Shown here in pieces: positions 23,317 to 28,296 of a stretch of DNA of 28,296 nt (positions are counted from its first letter, which is position 1; each line of letters starts with the position of its first letter). Location: the IMG/VR virus record IMGVR_UViG_3300009037_000184, positions 1-28,296 of that record. One strand, 5' to 3'. The position numbers and the translations under genes were made by a program. The notes beneath the pieces were generated by a model. It saw nothing but the letters and a program-made list of their open reading frames with translations. It ran no database searches and had not been told where the DNA came from. The DNA comes from a virus. Lineage: Duplodnaviria; Caudoviricetes.

Positions 23317-24841
23317 CGACAACCTCCTCCACCTGACTGCCAACCTGGTCTTTTTTCCAAGTCATCCAAACAGCGTCGGGATGGAATATAGTTACCTTCA
23401 CCAAGCATTCATTATACGCTTTACGAACACCGTCCCAATTAGCATCATGCCCTAAAATCATCCCTTCCGGCTTTACTTTGGGGAGATACGCTTTGATATC
23501 AGACGAACACGCTTCGTAGGAATGATCGGCGTCAATGAAAACAAAATCGAGGGATTCGTCCTCAATATCGTTTGCGCCATCCAACGATAATTTGTTGATG
23601 AGCGTAACGCGACCACCACTATTACGATTCAATTTGTGCCTAAATTTTGGCTCCATCTTGGAGAAACCCCCCGGCCATTTATCCACAGCAATCATCTGTA
23701 ACCCCGGATTATCATGTATGAGAGCAAACGTTGTTTTACCTTGCGCCACACCAACCTCCGCGCCAATGGTCCACTGATACTGTCTAATTAATTGATTCAA
23801 CAAATCAACCCTTGTAAGCTGGTTGCCTAGTGGAACAACCGTAAACGGACCATACTTTTCCCAAATGGAGCAACGGGCGTCCCGTTTTGACGTAAGAGGA
23901 ATATTGATATTATGAACGTATAATTGCATATAAACTTGACGTTCCTCATCAGCCCACGACACTCCCCGAATAAGGTCGCCATTGGCATCCAAAACCATAA
24001 ATTTGTCACCTTTCGTAACGTCCCAAATTTTCTTACTCATCTTTTCTCTCCTTCTTGACTTTTTGGCCTCAACAACTTCCACAGGGTGGTTGCGTTGGTT
24101 TATTGGCGTGATTGTCAACGAATCCGACTGCGGAGGCATCTTTTTTTTGTTTTGAATAATCTGAACAAACTCATCAAATGAAATTCGTGGAAAGTCCAAA
24201 ATAGCACTATCGGGGTTAACGTTGATAATTGTGTAACCCAACGACCGAGCAGCTTTGGCAATCTCATGGGTCGTCCTGATAAGACGCTCATAAAACTTTT
24301 GCTTGGTATCGCTGTTGGTAAACTTCCTAACTTCCTTATACCCTTCATGCCAATGAGTCGCCCCATCAGCGCCAGAGCAAGCATCAAACCCAAAAAGAAA
24401 CGCCCTGCCCTCCGGGCCGGTAAGGTGATACGCCAAATTTATGGCCGACCCCCCGGAGTTACCATTCCACCGCACCGTCTTTGGGTCGGTTGAAAGCCCC
24501 ATGTCCTTCCGCCCACGTTGACGGTCAACATATTTAATGGCTTTATCAGTCGCAGCATGAGAACAACAACAAGCTCGGAGACCCGTAAACGAATAAAGCC
24601 CCCGATCTTTCATCGTTCGATAGAGCGCATAAAAGGGCGAATCGCCAAACCACAAAACGTGCATCCAGTCATTTGAATCAGGGATGTCCTTGTATGCTTT
24701 ATTAACCCCAATAACCTTGATTTTTTCGCTTAGCGAAAACTCACGAAGAACACCCCAATCGGCTTGCTTAAAGGATGGCCCGCCGCCGATGATAATTACA
24801 TCAGCAGCGGGCCACATCTTTGGAACTTTCCAAGTACCCAT
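23303..24841 (-). CDS. Fusion: N-terminal DUF115/MptE-like (GT29-like Rossmann) domain + C-terminal class I SAM methyltransferase (Methyltransf_24-like)
   Basis: N-terminal IIGGGPS, VIGVN, NSGGSAINLA and LFGFD.....HW. C-terminal GAEVGV..G, LDFVFIDADHSYE and GMILGHD. Confidence 0.78.
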   Translation of the reverse strand: MGTWKVPKMWPAADVIIIGGGPSFKQADWGVLREFSLSEKIKVIGVNKAYKDIPDSNDWMHVLWFGDSPFYALYRTMKDRGLYSFTGLRACCCSHAATDKAIKYVDRQRGRKDMGLSTDPKTVRWNGNSGGSAINLAYHLTGPEGRAFLFGFDACSGADGATHWHEGYKEVRKFTNSDTKQKFYERLIRTTHEIAKAARSLGYTIINVNPDSAILDFPRISFDEFVQIIQNKKKMPPQSDSLTITPINQRNHPVEVVEAKKSRRREKMSKKIWDVTKGDKFMVLDANGDLIRGVSWADEERQVYMQLYVHNINIPLTSKRDARCSIWEKYGPFTVVPLGNQLTRVDLLNQLIRQYQWTIGAEVGVAQGKTTFALIHDNPGLQMIAVDKWPGGFSKMEPKFRHKLNRNSGGRVTLINKLSLDGANDIEDESLDFVFIDADHSYEACSSDIKAYLPKVKPEGMILGHDANWDGVRKAYNECLVKVTIFHPDAVWMTWKKDQVGSQVEEVVVDQD

Positions 24842-24861
24842 CCGTTACCCCATCCGAGAAC

Positions 24862-25521
24862 TTACACGCCGTTGACCAGCGCGTCAGCTTCTTCCTTGGT
24901 AAGCGGGGCCGTATTAATCGGTTTGCCAGTTGCGTTGACAACATCATACGCCCCGTCCCGTCGGGGACGGACCGTCAAAGTCGCCGTAGGGACCGGCGGG
25001 CCTCCATCCACCTCGCCGTCCCTCATGGGGGTCAACCGCTCGAACTTGTCAATGCCCCCACCTAACTCAATCGGCCATGCCCGAACAGTCTCACCACTTC
25101 CAGTGATGACTCGTCCGTCTGGCATATAGTGAATCCCCGTGCGAGGTTTCTTCTTCCACACAGGGGGCTGAAGTGGAAGTTTCACCGGAGTAACAGGCAC
25201 AACCTCCTCCACCTTGGGCGCAATAACTTCCGATTTGGGAGGTTGAGGTTTAACTTCCGGCGTTTTTACAACCTCCTTCTTTTCCTCAACAACGGCTTCA
25301 GCTTCTTCTTCCACGTCAGCTTCTTCTTCCTCCACATCATCTTCTTCGGGTTCAGCCTCCACCGGCTCAATGGCCTTAACGGAAGGCTTCTTCTTGCTAA
25401 CCGACTCCTCCAGGTCATCCGTTTTTCTCGGGCGCCCCCTCATTGCCGGTTTCTTTTCAGCAGTCGTTTTCTTGACCGTCGTTGTTGAACGTGTCGTCCG
25501 TTTGATTTCGTCGTCCATCAT
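24862..25521 (-). CDS. Hypothetical low-complexity (K/E/P-rich) protein downstream of the capsid gene
   Basis: 219-aa ORF with an AAGGAG RBS. Disordered N-terminal half and a small C-terminal domain (YDVVNATGKPIN..PLTKEEA). Confidence 0.75.
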   Translation of the reverse strand: MMDDEIKRTTRSTTTVKKTTAEKKPAMRGRPRKTDDLEESVSKKKPSVKAIEPVEAEPEEDDVEEEEADVEEEAEAVVEEKKEVVKTPEVKPQPPKSEVIAPKVEEVVPVTPVKLPLQPPVWKKKPRTGIHYMPDGRVITGSGETVRAWPIELGGGIDKFERLTPMRDGEVDGGPPVPTATLTVRPRRDGAYDVVNATGKPINTAPLTKEEADALVNGV

Positions 25522-25564
25522 GATTCTCCTTTTTTACATGAACATGGGTAGTTCATCCAAATCA

Positions 25565-26650
25565 TTAAGTGTAATGGACGATTCCGGTGCTGCCATTGGC
25601 ATCGGCCCGCAGATTCGGGACCATAATGGTCATGACCCGATAATTGTGGACCATCCCGCCAAGGCTCTGCCATTCCACGTTGGTCATGGGCATCCCCACT
25701 ACCAGGCGGACGACATCCGGCGTCATCTGTACCAAGAGAGCGCAGTCAGCCGCCATCTTATCGCTGACCGCCACATCTTCCAGCCCATCAACCTCAAGCA
25801 GCCGCTGACGGATGCTTTTCGGATACCCGGAAACGTAGTCACGCCCGAGCACTTTCTCAAAGCCGGTGGGGATATACAGAACCCAAGGACCGTAACGATG
25901 GGCCGCGACCGAAGCCGCCTTCATGTTCAGAACGTCCTGAAGAATCTGCTCACCGATGCTGCCTTCACTGTTTGGTTCGAGGTCGTCCCAATGACCGTTC
26001 CCGAAACTGCCAGTGATCCGCGACGGGAAGTCACGATAGCCGTAGATGACCCCGCCGCCGTAAGCATAACTGGAGAGGCCGTTAAACAGAATGTCCTCCA
26101 GTTTATCAGAGACCATCGCGGCGCACTCAAACGCCTGAGCCGTGTCCAACGAGTTACCAGTGGACCGGGAAGCCGCCAGAACGCGAGCGTTAATCTGGAA
26201 CCCCTTGTGAACGATAGGCAAGGGCAGGTAGCTCATATTGAACTCAAGCCGGTCGTTATCAGGCTGAGGAACGGCGTCCATGTTGACCTGAGCCGCGCCG
26301 AGTTCACTCATGGTTTCCCACTCAAACACGGTCTTGCCAAACCCATTGGCAATGTTGAACACCAGTCCACGACTCTGGAGATCGGCGATCCCGCGAAGCC
26401 GAAGTTTGGCCGCTTGGAGAAGGGCTTTGTCATACTCAACCCACTCGTCCTTGCGGAGAGTCGCATTAGCAACCGGGCGGGCGGTCCCGCCAGCATTGAC
26501 AAACGCCCCGACACGCCCGCGTTTATCAACATCAAAATAAGGCCGCATCAACCCAACATCCAATTTTCCGCCGTTCAATGCCATGTTCATCAAAGCATTG
26601 GCGACCGGGCCAACCGATCCGGGCTGAATTACATCCACATTAGCAGACAT
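25565..26650 (-). CDS. Major capsid protein (HK97 fold, encapsulin/Linocin-like type)
   Basis: NATLRKDEW...D, RLRGIADL..RGL, LPLPIVHKGFQI..R.L.ASR, YGPWVLYIP and terminal GIVH. AGGAGGTG RBS before ATG 26650. Confidence 0.9.
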   Translation of the reverse strand: MSANVDVIQPGSVGPVANALMNMALNGGKLDVGLMRPYFDVDKRGRVGAFVNAGGTARPVANATLRKDEWVEYDKALLQAAKLRLRGIADLQSRGLVFNIANGFGKTVFEWETMSELGAAQVNMDAVPQPDNDRLEFNMSYLPLPIVHKGFQINARVLAASRSTGNSLDTAQAFECAAMVSDKLEDILFNGLSSYAYGGGVIYGYRDFPSRITGSFGNGHWDDLEPNSEGSIGEQILQDVLNMKAASVAAHRYGPWVLYIPTGFEKVLGRDYVSGYPKSIRQRLLEVDGLEDVAVSDKMAADCALLVQMTPDVVRLVVGMPMTNVEWQSLGGMVHNYRVMTIMVPNLRADANGSTGIVHYT

Positions 26651-26672
26651 ACCTATCACCTCCTCTTTTACG

Positions 26673-27185
26673 TTACAGCACCATCATCTTGATGTGCTGC
26701 TCACCGGTCAGATCGTCTGACTCCGTTCCACTGGACCCGGAAAGATCAAGGGCTTCCAGCGCAATCCCAAGCGGAGCAGCAGCAAACTGCACCAAGTTCT
26801 CCGCGTTGTTCTCCAGCCAATCGGAAGAATCCCCCGACATAGACCACAATTGAACCGTTCCATCACCGGCAGAACAAAGTACCTTTCCAATGGTAGCGGT
26901 CTGACCGTCCTTCAAAAGGACGTTCACAACGTCGCCGGGACGGAAGATACCAACCTGAACGACATCATCAGCAGCATAGGCGTCGTTGATTCCGTTGCCC
27001 TGAAGTTCGTCTTCGAGCGCGACCATCAAAGGCTTCGCCAACCCATCAGCAGTGGCGTGTTTCAGGACTTTGTTAGACGAATTGAGGGTCAGGATATGAC
27101 CGGGGTACAGCGCGGCATTCGCCAAACGCTCCTCCCGAATCTTGCTGTAATCCTTGACCACAATGGACTTGATCGTGTTAGGCAT
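26673..27185 (-). CDS. Capsid decoration/cement protein
   Basis: Between protease and MCP; A..A.YPG, ALED.LQG..I.DAYA..D.V and L.SAGDG motifs. Confidence 0.75.
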   Translation of the reverse strand: MPNTIKSIVVKDYSKIREERLANAALYPGHILTLNSSNKVLKHATADGLAKPLMVALEDELQGNGINDAYAADDVVQVGIFRPGDVVNVLLKDGQTATIGKVLCSAGDGTVQLWSMSGDSSDWLENNAENLVQFAAAPLGIALEALDLSGSSGTESDDLTGEQHIKMMVL

Positions 27186-27200
27186 TGTTCTTCACCTCCT

Positions 27201-28296
27201 TTACTTTTTGGCCGGAAACAAATCAGCCAACGACGGGAGAGCCAACGGAACCATGTCGTTAGCATTGTCCACCGGAACACCGGCGTTTCCGACGTAAATG
27301 GGACCGTCACTGGACGGCTTCTGGATCAGGGCGCTCAGTTTGGTCAGTTCCGGCACCGATTTGGCCTTCAGTTCACATTCGGTAAACTGATTGCCGGTCG
27401 CATTGGTGATGGAAGCGATCAACTCCGCTTTCCGCTGATTCAGCAAATCCAGTCCATTGGACAGCACTTCCTGATACTGGACCGGGAGACGCTTGATAAG
27501 CTCCTCCGGGGTCAATTCCGCGTTGACAACAGCAGGAACCATCGGCTCCTCCTTCGGAGCGACAACCGGAGCAATTTCAGGCTCCTTCTTCGGCTCCGGG
27601 ACCGGTTCCGCGTTGGCAGTTACTTTCTTTTCATCATCCTTCATTTCACTTTCCCCTCCATTCCCGACAGGTTTCTCCTCGCCGGTTTTGTTATGAGAAC
27701 GCTCACTACAATTAGTAGCAGGAGCATCCTCGTCTTCTTTGGGATCATCCGGTGAATCGGATTCAACCGGATCAGTCGTCTCGTTATGTTTCTCAATATC
27801 CGTCATCCCATTCGCCGTCTCCTTTCGGTTGCGAATCCCACAACCATCTTGCAAGGAACACGCGCCGACTTCATGGGGAAGGACGGCCAGATGGTCCGGC
27901 CTCATCTCCAAAATTTCAGTAACGTATTCCTCATTCCTCCACGTCCCGCCTGTTTCCGTAATAGCAATCGGAATAAAACCAGTCGAGACATCAACCGGCT
28001 CGCCGCGTTGAATACGAGCAAGCAACACGGGGTCCAGTTCACGCAAGCGGTCACGGTCAAGCCAGAGTTCCGCTCGCAACCTTGGGCCATCCATGTGTGC
28101 ATTGAACACACGGCCCACCACCAGCCGGTCATAGACGTTGGGATCATCCGCACATCGAATCGGCTGTCCTTGATTATCTACCGGATGCTGGGGGATGGTT
28201 ACTGACACCCCATTCCACTCGCGGTCGTGTTGGGAAAGGACCGCCGTGGAATAAAAAATTGGACCGTTGCTCCCATTATGGACCCCCTCCACCAAC
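27201..28296 (-). CDS. DUF2213-like prohead protease/scaffold protein; partial (5' end outside the window)
   Basis: V.EGVHNGS, HP, VG.VFNA, VSTG, PDHLAVLP...GACS..DGCG, followed by an acidic linker and helical scaffold-like tail. Confidence 0.8.
   Translation of the reverse strand, partial: LVEGVHNGSNGPIFYSTAVLSQHDREWNGVSVTIPQHPVDNQGQPIRCADDPNVYDRLVVGRVFNAHMDGPRLRAELWLDRDRLRELDPVLLARIQRGEPVDVSTGFIPIAITETGGTWRNEEYVTEILEMRPDHLAVLPHEVGACSLQDGCGIRNRKETANGMTDIEKHNETTDPVESDSPDDPKEDEDAPATNCSERSHNKTGEEKPVGNGGESEMKDDEKKVTANAEPVPEPKKEPEIAPVVAPKEEPMVPAVVNAELTPEELIKRLPVQYQEVLSNGLDLLNQRKAELIASITNATGNQFTECELKAKSVPELTKLSALIQKPSSDGPIYVGNAGVPVDNANDMVPLALPSLADLFPAKK

Noticed and set aside
25370-27755. Long plus-strand ORFs 25370..26692 (440 aa) and 26850..27755 (301 aa)
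   Set aside because: Antisense shadows of the capsid, decoration and protease genes; no recognisable motifs.
27763-27780. 14/18 match to the predicted target of the unit at 1672
   Set aside because: With 13 guides and 28 kb on both strands, a few matches of this quality are expected by chance.

Overview
Part of a tailed (siphovirus-type) phage or prophage genome. The minus strand (2795-28296) carries a nearly complete virion and lysis operon: DUF2213-like prohead protease, decoration protein, HK97-fold major capsid, head-tail connectors, tail tube, frameshifted tail chaperones, tape measure, tail tip/fibre proteins, and lysis and membrane genes. A five-gene glycosyltransferase/sulfotransferase/methyltransferase cassette is inserted between the capsid and adaptor genes. 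The plus strand (1-2654) carries nucleotide-metabolism and replication genes (TSCPD protein, dCMP deaminase, Nmad1/DUF1599-like protein, primase). The standout is two intergenic arrays of 36-nt units (119-334, 6 units; 1492-1743, 7 units) with the pattern AGTCA-N9-AGAAACCCA-N9-AGCG. These are two alternating conserved repeats separated by short variable spacers. The first array directly follows the 3' end of a gene whose C-terminus resembles Nop-domain Tas/IS110-related proteins. This matches a phage-encoded TIGR-Tas RNA-guided system, here with variant repeats, an almost invariant A at spacer position 9, and a split array interleaved with replication genes. All protein calls are by motif recognition only; no database searches were run.
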